Assembly (NCBI GenBank): GCA_944389495.1
Contig: CALXMN010000003.1
Coordinates: 10,862 to 74,861 of the forward strand
DNA from: an uncultured Alphaproteobacteria bacterium
Lineage (GTDB): Bacteria > Pseudomonadota > Alphaproteobacteria > Rs-D84
Direction of reading: 5' to 3'
DNA: 64,000 bases
Made by a program: the position numbers and the translations under genes. This document shows, in pieces, positions 49,684-58,932 of this stretch; the first letter of the stretch is position 1; each line of letters begins with the position of its first letter. Under the pieces are notes generated by a model that was given only the letters and a program-made list of their open reading frames with translations, searched no databases and had not been told where the DNA came from.

Positions 49684-50391
49684 ATGAAAATTTTATTAAA
49701 AAGACATACGACTGCAAATGAATACAAGTATTCGCGCGGGGTAAAATTTCCTTTTTTTCATTGGTTTTTGGTTCTTGCCATCAGTGTGTGTGACTGGATA
49801 ATCAAGACAAATGATGCGATGGCGGCAACCTGTACCAGCACCCAGGCGGCGTCTTGTTCGGCCCAATGCCCCAGTCCGCTGTTTGGTTCTTGTGTCGCCA
49901 GTTATAATACATTCAGTTGCAGTTGTTACATTTCAAACGAGGCGTATTCCGGCGTATGCTCAGAATTTTCGGTACATCGTAATGCGTGTTTATTAGCTGT
50001 GAACAGTGCAATTAATTGCGGCAACGGGCGCAAGATTCATTGTATATCATATAATTTGAACAGTTATAATTGTACAACGGCCGGCGTTAATTCGGCCCAG
50101 GCCATTTGTGGTCGTGTATTTCCAATAAATCTTAATGCGACCAGTACGCAATGTTCCTGTATTTATTCTACGGTGGCAAATGGTGTTTGTAACTGTTTTG
50201 CGTGCAAGACATATTATTATGGGGTTGGTTGTTATAATTCGTGCCCATCATATTATGTGTCTGGATACGGCACAATATACGGTACCAGTGGTAAGTGGGG
50301 CGGAAACATAGGCAGTTGCACGGTTTCGGTCCCCGAAGGATGTGATACAACGGGTTGTTACAATGCACACACTTGTCCGTATAAAATCTAA
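49684..50391 (+). CDS. Large Cys-rich secreted protein (about 235 aa). Hypothetical.
   Basis: N-terminal TM or signal segment. About 40 Cys in C..C / CxC patterns. Followed by two glycosyltransferase genes. Confidence 0.5.
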   Translation: MKILLKRHTTANEYKYSRGVKFPFFHWFLVLAISVCDWIIKTNDAMAATCTSTQAASCSAQCPSPLFGSCVASYNTFSCSCYISNEAYSGVCSEFSVHRNACLLAVNSAINCGNGRKIHCISYNLNSYNCTTAGVNSAQAICGRVFPINLNATSTQCSCIYSTVANGVCNCFACKTYYYGVGCYNSCPSYYVSGYGTIYGTSGKWGGNIGSCTVSVPEGCDTTGCYNAHTCPYKI

Positions 50392-50399
50392 GGGTAAAT

Positions 50400-51362
50400 A
50401 TGCCAGAAATATCGATTATTATACCAAATAAAAATAATGCCTGTTTTTTGGACGATTGTTTAAATTCAGTATTAACCCAAACATTCCGGGATTGGGAATG
50501 TATCATAATCGACGACGGCAGCACGGATGATTCTGTTAAAATAATCAAGCGCTTTTGCAAGAAAGATAAACGTTTCAGATTAATAGAGCAAAAGTCACGC
50601 GGTGTTTCTGTGGCGCGAAATGTTGGCCTGGATAATATCAGTGGCAAATGGTGTTGCTTTTTGGATTCGGACGATGTTTTATTACACGAAGCATTTGAAA
50701 CAATGCTGTACGGTGTATCCGTAATGAACTATGATATAATCGAGGCGGATTCGGTTTTTGTTCACAAAGATTTTGTTTCGCATAAATACAATCCGTCATT
50801 TAGCCCGGCAAATATCGAGATATTTAATTTCGATGACATATACGAAGGAATTTCTAAGTACAGTAATAATATTGCCTGGGTCTGGCGCAGATTGTACAGA
50901 ACCGATTTGGCCAAGATGGCCCGCTTTCCCGAAAATATTCAAATTAATGAAGATTTATTGTGGTTTATGGATATTTTGTCTTTCAGACCACGTATCGCCA
51001 AAGTCAAAGCAACTGTTCTTTGGCATCGTATATGGGATAATTCTTTGACGCGTGCGGCGGGCGCGCCCGGGCGTCTGGAAGAATTAACAACGGTGATTGA
51101 TCGTATCGCAAAAAATGATAAAATACCGAAACATTTTTGTGACTATGTCATTCATAATTTGTTGTTCTGTATGATTCAATATGATTGCCACGAAGTCCAG
51201 TTATCAAAAAAAATAATTTCACCCAAATTGCGGAAAAAACTGTGGACGTATCGTAAACGGTACCGCAGGTTTTCGCGTGCATTTCGTCGATTTATTTATG
51301 CATTTTTAATAAAACAATTTTTCTTATATATGGCATACGGGAAAGATAAAAATGAAAATTAA
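50400..51362 (+). CDS. Glycosyltransferase family 2
   Basis: ISIIIPNKNNACFLDDCLNSVLTQTF..ECIIIDDGSTDDS and DSDD motifs. Confidence 0.8.
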   Translation: MPEISIIIPNKNNACFLDDCLNSVLTQTFRDWECIIIDDGSTDDSVKIIKRFCKKDKRFRLIEQKSRGVSVARNVGLDNISGKWCCFLDSDDVLLHEAFETMLYGVSVMNYDIIEADSVFVHKDFVSHKYNPSFSPANIEIFNFDDIYEGISKYSNNIAWVWRRLYRTDLAKMARFPENIQINEDLLWFMDILSFRPRIAKVKATVLWHRIWDNSLTRAAGAPGRLEELTTVIDRIAKNDKIPKHFCDYVIHNLLFCMIQYDCHEVQLSKKIISPKLRKKLWTYRKRYRRFSRAFRRFIYAFLIKQFFLYMAYGKDKNEN

Positions 51363-52215
51363 TGTTGCATTTGCATTTGATGGTAAATTGTGGCTGCAGT
51401 CAGCGGTAAGTATTTATTCTTTGTCATTACACACGGGCGGCGACAGATACAATATATATTGTTTAATTGATACATCTGTTCATAATGCTATGTGCGATGT
51501 GATACGTAATGTTGTTAAACATAATCGTCGGATAAAGATACATTTCTTGCGGTTTGATGCCGATATATTAAAGAACAATTGCTATGACGATGGTACAGCC
51601 CGATTTCCACGTGTGGCAATGGCGCGATTGTTTTTACCGAATATGTTGCCGCATCAGAAAAAAATTCTGTGGCTGGATTCGGATATAATTGTGTGTGATA
51701 ACTTATCAGGTTTATATAAAACGAATTTAACGGGTAATTTTATTGCGGCAATTCGTGATACGGGAATGGATGAAGTAATTAAAATGTATCCCAAAGAATT
51801 TAAACACTATGATGAATATGGTTTGACTGAAATGGTTCAAAGGTGTGAATATGTAAACAGCGGTGTTTTGTTAATGAATTTGCGGGAAATGCGTGCATAC
51901 GGATGGACAGAACGTTGCCTTGAACGAATATCATCTGAAAAACGTAATATATGGTACTTTGACCAAGATGTTATAAATTCGGTCAGTCGCGGTCATATTA
52001 AATATGTTTCGCCGCGTTATAATCGTATGACGAAAATCAATTTACAAAACGCAGTCAGTGCATATCAGCGGGCCGGATTGCCGACCGAGTCAATAATAGA
52101 CGGCTTTTTTGATTGTGCGATTTTACATTATGCCGGCACACAAAAACCTTGGCGACACGAAGGGCCATATTGGGATGTTTGGACGGCCTATGGCCAATTA
52201 AGCGGATTGTTCTAA
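51352..52215 (+). CDS. Glycosyltransferase family 8 (LPS glycosyltransferase-like)
   Basis: ILWLDSDIIV (DxD) and the typical GT8 C-terminus. Confidence 0.7.
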   Translation: MKINVAFAFDGKLWLQSAVSIYSLSLHTGGDRYNIYCLIDTSVHNAMCDVIRNVVKHNRRIKIHFLRFDADILKNNCYDDGTARFPRVAMARLFLPNMLPHQKKILWLDSDIIVCDNLSGLYKTNLTGNFIAAIRDTGMDEVIKMYPKEFKHYDEYGLTEMVQRCEYVNSGVLLMNLREMRAYGWTERCLERISSEKRNIWYFDQDVINSVSRGHIKYVSPRYNRMTKINLQNAVSAYQRAGLPTESIIDGFFDCAILHYAGTQKPWRHEGPYWDVWTAYGQLSGLF

Positions 52216-52261
52216 GGCGTTTTAATTTAAAAATATATGGATATTGTGTTGTCTGATTCCA

Positions 52262-52360
52262 TTACCCGTGGGTTCGTGCATTATGTTTGCGCCGCCATAT
52301 ACAGAATACAGTGACAGCACCGGCACATATGAATTTACGGCCGCCTGTCCGCTGGAATAA
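52262..52360 (+). pseudogene. Promoter-less 3' fragment of a family B gene (...MFAPPYTEYSDSTGTYEFTAACPLE*)
   Basis: Homologous to B C-termini. No N-terminus or signal peptide. Confidence 0.5.
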
Positions 52361-52374
52361 CCATATCATACTGT

Positions 52375-52470
52375 GCCCCCATCTTTGTCATTGCGAGGGG
52401 GGGGCAGCCGGCATTTTCTCTTGTCATTGCGAGCCATCGCAGATGGCGTGGCAATCCAGTTGTCTGATTC
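52375..52470. repeat. MITE-like TTGTCATTGCGAG elements (two units) between the two B 3' fragments
   Basis: ttgtcattgcgagggg... and ttgtcattgcgagccatcgcagatggcgtggcaatcc, the second with hairpin GCCATC-GCA-GATGGC. Confidence 0.55.
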
Positions 52471-52489
52471 CATCATCCGCGGTATGCCC

Positions 52490-52558
52490 CGGCAAATACA
52501 GAATACACGGAAGTATCCAGCATATATGAATATACCGCCGCCTGCCCACTGGAATAGA
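52490..52558 (+). pseudogene. Second promoter-less family B 3' fragment (...PANTEYTEVSSIYEYTAACPLE*)
   Basis: Reading-frame match to the B C-terminal motif. Confidence 0.45.
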
Positions 52559-52587
52559 TAAACAATCTCTGTTCTCCGTTCTCTGAA

Positions 52588-52612
52588 CAAACGGGGCAAA
52601 AGCCCCGTTTTT
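52588..52612 (-). terminator. Intrinsic terminator downstream of the RNase J gene
   Basis: aaacggggcaaaagccccgttttta. Confidence 0.5.
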
Positions 52613-54413
52613 ATTTCTGCACAAAGTGTACGCTGTATTGCGGTTTTTTGTCCGCACCCAACGATGCGCGCACAACGCGATTTGATGCCGCCTGGACCGC
52701 GCGAATAAGGTTGGATTTATCCTTGCGCTCGCTCTTGGTCAGATTATCAATTGCACGTGTTATTTCGATTTGAATTTGACGTTTCATAAAACCTGTGTCG
52801 TCGGTTTCAAATATACCGGCGCTGGACACTTCGGGGGTTCCCTTTAAGAACCCGCGTTTATCCACCGGCAATGTCACAAAGATTGCGCCATTCGTTGCAA
52901 TTTTCTTGCGTGTTTTGTATACAGGGTCATCGGTACTGCGTTCTGTTTCACCTTCCATAACGACGAATCCCGTTTCGATGGTTTCGGAAATATATGGCGC
53001 CTCGCCATCGGCCAGTGCAATCATTTCACCATTATGTACAACCATCATATATTTTGCGCCGCCGCGTTCCATCGCCATTTTCCCATTCAGCATTTCGTTA
53101 ATATAGTCACCGTGCATAGGAACAGAAACCTGGGGGTGCACCATATCATAGAAACGTTCAAATTCCGGACGTCCTGCGTGACCACTGGCGTGCAAATGAT
53201 CGGTGTCATAAATTGTATGCGTTTTGATTCCCATCCGCGCCAGTTTGTTATACAGATACGAAACGTCCTGTTCGCGTCCCGGAATGATAATAGAACTGAA
53301 CAAAACCGTATCTGTTGGCTGCAGTTTCATTTCCTTTACGTGTCCGCGGCACAGACGCGTAAGCATAGCAAACTGTTCCCCCTGGGACCCGGTCAGGAAT
53401 ATTGCCTGTTTTTCTGCGGGTAAATCTTTGATTTCGCTGTGCAGATAAATATCGTCTTTATCAAGATAGCCGAATTCAATACCCATTTCACGAAATTCCG
53501 GCAATCCCACGAACGGCACAGGATTTGGATTGCTGCGTTCTTTGATTGCGGCAACGCGACCGGCGGCACGGGCGGCCTGGGCGAACATTTTCATACGTGC
53601 GATTGAACGCGAGTATCCGGTAACCAGCACGCGTCCCGGTGCATTTTTCATAATTTCGGCCAATGTATCGCGAACCTGGATTTCGGTTGTTTGCGGTTGC
53701 TGGCGTGATGCAGATGTGGAATCAGACATACACGCCAACAGTTTTGGATCAGAACCGATTTCACGCAGTCGTGCATAATCGGTCGGATCTTCAATCGGAT
53801 TATCATCATTAAATGTCCAGTCGCCCGTATGCAGAACTTTGCCCGCCGGTGTTTTTATGATTAACATTTGTGCCTCGGGCACGGAATGCGAAACGTGGAA
53901 CGTTTCGACCTCGAACGGATCAAGATGTAATGTCGCGCCGTGATGATCGATTTCTATGATGTCCTTTTTCGGATCAAAGTCCAATTCAATACCACGGAAT
54001 GTCTGGCGCAGAATTTCCGCCGGAAAACGTGTACAATAAATTGGCTTTCTGAATTTCGGCCATACGAATTTTAATGCGCCGATATGATCTTCGTGCCCGT
54101 GGGTTAAAACGAAACCAACAACGTCCTTTTTACGTTTTTCCAGCCACGTTGTATCACAGTATTGCACATCACCGGCACCAATTTCTTCTTCCAGAAATCC
54201 CATACCGCAATCGACGACCAGATATTTTCCTTTGTACTTGTAAACATACATATTTTGGCCGACGTGTTCCAATCCGCCCAACGCCATAAAGTACAATTTT
54301 TCATCATTTTTATCGTTTTCAAATTTATTCATACCAGAAATTTTTGCTGGTTTTTGTTGCGCCGGTCCCGCAATTGTTTCTGGTGCCGTTTGTTTTTCAC
54401 GTACTTTTACCAT
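52611..54413 (-). CDS. rnj: Ribonuclease J (MBL / beta-CASP RNase)
   Basis: 600 aa. HGHEDHIG motif and beta-CASP region. Confidence 0.85.
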   Translation of the reverse strand: MVKVREKQTAPETIAGPAQQKPAKISGMNKFENDKNDEKLYFMALGGLEHVGQNMYVYKYKGKYLVVDCGMGFLEEEIGAGDVQYCDTTWLEKRKKDVVGFVLTHGHEDHIGALKFVWPKFRKPIYCTRFPAEILRQTFRGIELDFDPKKDIIEIDHHGATLHLDPFEVETFHVSHSVPEAQMLIIKTPAGKVLHTGDWTFNDDNPIEDPTDYARLREIGSDPKLLACMSDSTSASRQQPQTTEIQVRDTLAEIMKNAPGRVLVTGYSRSIARMKMFAQAARAAGRVAAIKERSNPNPVPFVGLPEFREMGIEFGYLDKDDIYLHSEIKDLPAEKQAIFLTGSQGEQFAMLTRLCRGHVKEMKLQPTDTVLFSSIIIPGREQDVSYLYNKLARMGIKTHTIYDTDHLHASGHAGRPEFERFYDMVHPQVSVPMHGDYINEMLNGKMAMERGGAKYMMVVHNGEMIALADGEAPYISETIETGFVVMEGETERSTDDPVYKTRKKIATNGAIFVTLPVDKRGFLKGTPEVSSAGIFETDDTGFMKRQIQIEITRAIDNLTKSERKDKSNLIRAVQAASNRVVRASLGADKKPQYSVHFVQK

Positions 54414-54727
54414 AATAAATCCTTTTATATGTGTTATACATTTGTGTCACCACAAAATACATTGCCAATAAAGAAAATTTCTTTATTTGTAGTGAATCTG
54501 TGGCGACGCGGCTTTTGTCCCCGCGTAATCATCCATTAAATAATTAAATCAACGGGGATAAGTGTTCGGAATACTTTAAAGTTCCGAAAATCTCTCTGAC
54601 CCCATTAATATTATTATATTTTTTAATAAATGCAAGGGGTAATATATTTGCGGACAATTTTATTCTTTACATATTTTACGAAAATGAATACAATCATACC
54701 GTAAAACAAATAAAAGGAAGGAATAAA

Positions 54728-55237
54728 ATGCCAACAAAACCAGTTAAAAAAACAACTGCAAAAACAACCACTGCCAAGAAACCGGCGGCTAAAAAGGCCA
54801 CAATTAAAAAGCCGGTCGCAAAAAAGACCGCAAAGCCCGTGACCGCACCAGAAACAATCATAACCGCACCGGTGCCGGAAACGCCAAAATGTAAGTGTGG
54901 GGCGGATTGTGCCTGTGGCGCAGAATGCAAATGTGCGCGCGGTGGTTCCAAGTTTGGTCGTTTTGTGATGCGTCTGATTGTTGTCTTGATTGTATTTGCG
55001 TTGGGCTTTGCTGCGGCCAAATTAATTGATGGCGGTCGCGATTTTCGTGGCCCACGTGTTGATTTTGACAATGGCTGTCTGAAAGAATCATCGGTCAAAT
55101 GTCCCCAGATTCGGGATGCATTACCGGTTATGGATGTTAATGGCGATGGCTGCATAAGTCGTGATGAGTATCGTGCAATTATGCGCGAAATGCATCGCCA
55201 GATGCGCGCGACCAATGCACCAACGGTATCGGAATAA
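54728..55237 (+). CDS. Chimeric membrane protein: histone H1-like Lys/Ala/Pro-rich N-terminus, CxC cluster, TM helix, C-terminal EF-hand
   Basis: KKPAAKKATIKKPVAKKTAKP; CKCGADCACGAECKCARGG; hydrophobic LIVVLIVFALGFAAA; DVNGDGCISRDEY. Confidence 0.5.
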   Translation: MPTKPVKKTTAKTTTAKKPAAKKATIKKPVAKKTAKPVTAPETIITAPVPETPKCKCGADCACGAECKCARGGSKFGRFVMRLIVVLIVFALGFAAAKLIDGGRDFRGPRVDFDNGCLKESSVKCPQIRDALPVMDVNGDGCISRDEYRAIMREMHRQMRATNAPTVSE

Positions 55238-55242
55238 TATAA

Positions 55243-55270
55243 AAAATCCGCGAAATGCGGATTTTTTATT
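55243..55270. terminator. Bidirectional intrinsic terminator
   Basis: aaaaaatccgcgaaatgcggatttttt. Confidence 0.55.
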
Positions 55271-55602
55271 TATCGACCGGGATTTTGTTTCAAGTATGCC
55301 CGAACATAGGCAAACACCGCACGGCGCCAGTATGGAATTGACGCCTTTAACATACGTGCCGTAAATTTATCATCAACATATTCGGACATTTTATCAAATG
55401 TATAATTTGGCATATTATAGTTTGTAATAATATGATTTGCGCATTGTTCTATTTCTGCGTTGTCATAGAATTGGAATATGTTTTTTCGTACTCGCAAAGA
55501 TTTATCCATATTACGCAACACAAATAATGCGCGATTATAATCGAATATAGAAATGTGTTTTAATACCAGCGAATATTTTTGATCGTATCGCATTTCGTTC
55601 AT
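55270..55602 (-). CDS. Hypothetical protein (110 aa)
   Basis: ORF upstream of smpB on the same strand. Confidence 0.35.
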   Translation of the reverse strand: MNEMRYDQKYSLVLKHISIFDYNRALFVLRNMDKSLRVRKNIFQFYDNAEIEQCANHIITNYNMPNYTFDKMSEYVDDKFTARMLKASIPYWRRAVFAYVRAYLKQNPGR

Positions 55603-55605
55603 TTT

Positions 55606-56073
55606 TTATCCCTTAAGTATGCGGGCCTTGCTCTTGACCCATTCGCGTTGTTTTATTGTTTCACGTTTATCAACTTTATTTTTACCATATCCAACGCCCA
55701 ATAATACCTTTAATTTTCCGTGGTTATTAAAATATAACTTTAACGGCACGATTGTTGCACCGCGCTCTTGCAGTTTTCCGATCAATCGATTAATTTGCGC
55801 CCGATGCAGTAACAATTGGCGTGGACGACGTTCGTCAAAGTTAACAATACGTGCGGCTGTGGGCAATTTTTGAATTTCGATGCCCGCCAAATACAGGTCA
55901 CGTCCGCGTCGCTGAACAAAGCCATCGACAATTGTGACCAATCCGTATCTAATAGATTTTATTTCTGCCCCGGTCAGCGAAATGCCGGCCTCTATTGTAT
56001 CTTCAATAGAATAATTGTATCGCGCCTTGCGATTTTCAGAAACCTGACCAAATTTTATTATTTGACGTGGCAT
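55606..56073 (-). CDS. smpB: SsrA-binding protein SmpB
   Basis: ...NRKARYNYSIEDTIEAGISLTGAEIKS... Confidence 0.9.
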   Translation of the reverse strand: MPRQIIKFGQVSENRKARYNYSIEDTIEAGISLTGAEIKSIRYGLVTIVDGFVQRRGRDLYLAGIEIQKLPTAARIVNFDERRPRQLLLHRAQINRLIGKLQERGATIVPLKLYFNNHGKLKVLLGVGYGKNKVDKRETIKQREWVKSKARILKG

Positions 56074-56816
56074 TTTGGATACAGTCCCATTGTGTTCTGG
56101 TACAATATAGTTTCTAAATCGTCTAATTTCAAGCCTTTTACATCCGCCAACACACGTGCGGTTTCAACCACCAAGGCAGGTTCGCATATTTTTCCGCGAT
56201 ATGGCACGGGCGCACAATATGGACTGTCTGTTTCAATAACAATGCGGTCGACGGGTATTTTTGCAAAGGTTTCACGAATCTCGCTCGCATTTTTGAATGT
56301 TAAAATACCACTGGCGGAAAAGTAAAAGCCGCGATCCAGCATAATTTTTGCCAACCCCCAAGAACTGGTAAAGCAATGCATAACCCCGCGCACATCCCCG
56401 CCCAGAATGGCGGCGGTGTCTTCTTCGGCGTCGCGTGTATGTATGGCCACGGGCAGGGCGTGCTTTTTCGCCAGTTCCAATTGTTGCTCAAACAATTTTA
56501 TTTGTGCCGTGCGATTATCGGTGCGCTCGTGATAATCCAGCCCGATTTCACCAATTCCGACAACGCGTGGATGTGATAGTACCGCATCGGTCATAAATTG
56601 TGCGGCGTCCACGCCGGCGTATTCCGGATGGATGCCAATTGTTGCAAATATATTTGAATATGTATCAGTTATTTTCAGTGCGTTTTCGATGTCGGCCGGG
56701 TCTGCGGTTGGACATATCATCATACCAACGCCTGCATTTGTGGCGCGTGTAATAACATCGCGCAAATCGCCCGAAATATAATTATCAGTTAAGTGACAGT
56801 GTGTATCTATAAACAT
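56058..56816 (-). CDS. tatD: TatD-family metal-dependent DNase/hydrolase
   Basis: MFIDTHCHLTD N-terminus and conserved His/Glu/Asp pattern. Confidence 0.85.
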   Translation of the reverse strand: MFIDTHCHLTDNYISGDLRDVITRATNAGVGMMICPTADPADIENALKITDTYSNIFATIGIHPEYAGVDAAQFMTDAVLSHPRVVGIGEIGLDYHERTDNRTAQIKLFEQQLELAKKHALPVAIHTRDAEEDTAAILGGDVRGVMHCFTSSWGLAKIMLDRGFYFSASGILTFKNASEIRETFAKIPVDRIVIETDSPYCAPVPYRGKICEPALVVETARVLADVKGLKLDDLETILYQNTMGLYPKCHVK

Positions 56817-57724
56817 TTTTTTATTTGTGTAATAATTTTAAACAGACCGGTTTCAGGTTCCAAATTAACGCGCGCAATATCCGCAATCGCGTGTGTTGCC
56901 GCCGGATATAAATCGGCCAATCCAAATGCCGCAATCGCGTCCAGTAAAATTCCGTGTAACGCAGGATCTGACGCAATTTTTTTTGCGATTGCCATCATAT
57001 CTGCACTGGTGCTGCGCGGGTTGCGCAGACAATTGATTAAATCATCATATATTGCGTCGCCGCCCGATTTTTTAAGATTTGCAATTCGGCCAAAACTGCC
57101 GTTGGCAAGTCGCAGTGTTTCATCACTGACATTTGCGTCCGGCATAAATCGATTACACAGTTCGCGTAATTGTGCAATTGTTAACGGGCGCATTTTTTCA
57201 ACACGTGCGCGTGACCGTACCGTTGGCAGAACGTTTGCCAATTGATGCACAATTAACAAGAATAATGTTTTTGCGGGCGGTTCTTCCAGTAATTTCAGCA
57301 GTGCATTTGATGCCGCGATATTTAATTCATCAACAGAATCAATTAAAATAACGCGCCAATCACCCGACATAGACGACATCTGCATTTTTTCAATCATTGC
57401 GCGCACAGTATATACAGAAATACTTTTTCCATCGGGTTTTGGTTTGCCATCTTTGTCGATGTTTCTTGCCATATCGATAATAAAGAAATCGCCAACATTA
57501 CCGTAAACCATTTTGGCAATTTTATACGCCAATGTGGCCTTGCCAATGCCACGTGGCCCGGTCAACATCCACACAGGATGTATCGGATGTGCATCACGTC
57601 CCTGCCACGCGGTTACAAAATCGCCCAATACATCATTGTGCCCGACCAGTTCCGGGTTATCAATTGGATTTGGAAAATTGTATGTGTTTGCTGACTTGCG
57701 CGGTGCCATTTTAATCGATTCCAA
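56807..57724 (-). CDS. holB: DNA polymerase III subunit delta'
   Basis: AAA+ clamp-loader-like LTGPRGIGKATLAYKIA. Confidence 0.7.
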   Translation of the reverse strand: MESIKMAPRKSANTYNFPNPIDNPELVGHNDVLGDFVTAWQGRDAHPIHPVWMLTGPRGIGKATLAYKIAKMVYGNVGDFFIIDMARNIDKDGKPKPDGKSISVYTVRAMIEKMQMSSMSGDWRVILIDSVDELNIAASNALLKLLEEPPAKTLFLLIVHQLANVLPTVRSRARVEKMRPLTIAQLRELCNRFMPDANVSDETLRLANGSFGRIANLKKSGGDAIYDDLINCLRNPRSTSADMMAIAKKIASDPALHGILLDAIAAFGLADLYPAATHAIADIARVNLEPETGLFKIITQIKKCL

Positions 57725-58886
57725 ATATTACGCGAATATTTTTGATTACACGACCAAAGAACAGGGTCTTTTTAACTGTGTTTTGCGCGACCAGTGGCGC
57801 CCGTGCAATTTCACGTCCGTCCCGTTGCGCAATTATTTCGCCAATTTTGTCGCCTGTACGAACCGGTGCCGGTAATGGGTCGTTATATCGTGCCAGTACG
57901 CGCACACCGTCCAAACCTGCGTCTTTGGGAACGGTAACTGTAAACGGTTTCTCGATTGTGGCGATAACATCTGGTTGGCGCCCATACCAGACGGGGATTT
58001 TCGCGATTTTATCGCCGGGGTTATAGAACGTATGATTCTTTGTCGCAGAATATCCATATTCCAGCAATTTTTTCATTTCGGCCGCCAATGCGTCGTGACT
58101 TTTTCCGTTAAAGCCGTTAATTACGCCGATTAAACGTCGGCCGCCAACCTTGGCGCTGGCCACCATACCATAGCCGCCATCATCTGTGTGTCCGGTTTTT
58201 AAACCGTCCGCCCCCGGCATAGTAAACAATAATTTATTATAGTTCATTGTATGCGTGCGTCCCCAATCACGACACCAATCGCTTTGGTATTCGTTGAACT
58301 TAAAGCGTTTTGTTGCGAACAAAGGATATAAATCCGGATAATCAGAAATAATGTGTTGTGCCAAAATGGCCAATTCACGACTGGTCATCAGGTTGTTTGG
58401 ATTCGGCAATCCACTTGCATTTCCAAACGTAGATTGTGTCATCCCCAGTGCACGTGCCTTTTGTTGCATTTTTTCGGTAAACGCGGCCTCGGACCCGGCC
58501 AGTTTTTCGGCCACAACCACGGATGCGTCACCCCCCGACAAAACAATCAGTCCCAAAATCGCATCGCGCACAGAAATTGTTTGGCCGGCAACAAGGCATA
58601 TTTTACTGGCCGGGTACCATAGCGGATTTTCATAATCCGCATTTTCACTTACCACCAGACGGTCATCCATTGTCAGGTTCCCGGCCTTGATTTCATCGAA
58701 CAGCACGGCCAACGTCATTAATTTAATCATCGAAGATGGCGGCATTAATATATCGGCGTCCTTGGCCACAATTTCGGCCCCAGAATCATAATCAATTAAA
58801 AATGCAGATTTTGCGCGCGTAGAAAAATCTGCGTGCGCAGTGGTTGTCAGTAATGATAACAACAGAATAAAAATTTTCTTTTTCAT
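57711..58886 (-). CDS. dacC: D-alanyl-D-alanine carboxypeptidase (PBP5/6 family, S11)
   Basis: Signal peptide, active-site SMIK (SxxK), SGGD (SxN-like region) and a C-terminal domain. Confidence 0.8.
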   Translation of the reverse strand: MKKKIFILLLSLLTTTAHADFSTRAKSAFLIDYDSGAEIVAKDADILMPPSSMIKLMTLAVLFDEIKAGNLTMDDRLVVSENADYENPLWYPASKICLVAGQTISVRDAILGLIVLSGGDASVVVAEKLAGSEAAFTEKMQQKARALGMTQSTFGNASGLPNPNNLMTSRELAILAQHIISDYPDLYPLFATKRFKFNEYQSDWCRDWGRTHTMNYNKLLFTMPGADGLKTGHTDDGGYGMVASAKVGGRRLIGVINGFNGKSHDALAAEMKKLLEYGYSATKNHTFYNPGDKIAKIPVWYGRQPDVIATIEKPFTVTVPKDAGLDGVRVLARYNDPLPAPVRTGDKIGEIIAQRDGREIARAPLVAQNTVKKTLFFGRVIKNIRVIFGID

Positions 58887-58932
58887 AGTACCCCGATATT
58901 AGCAATTATAAACCATAATTCCAACAGATTTT

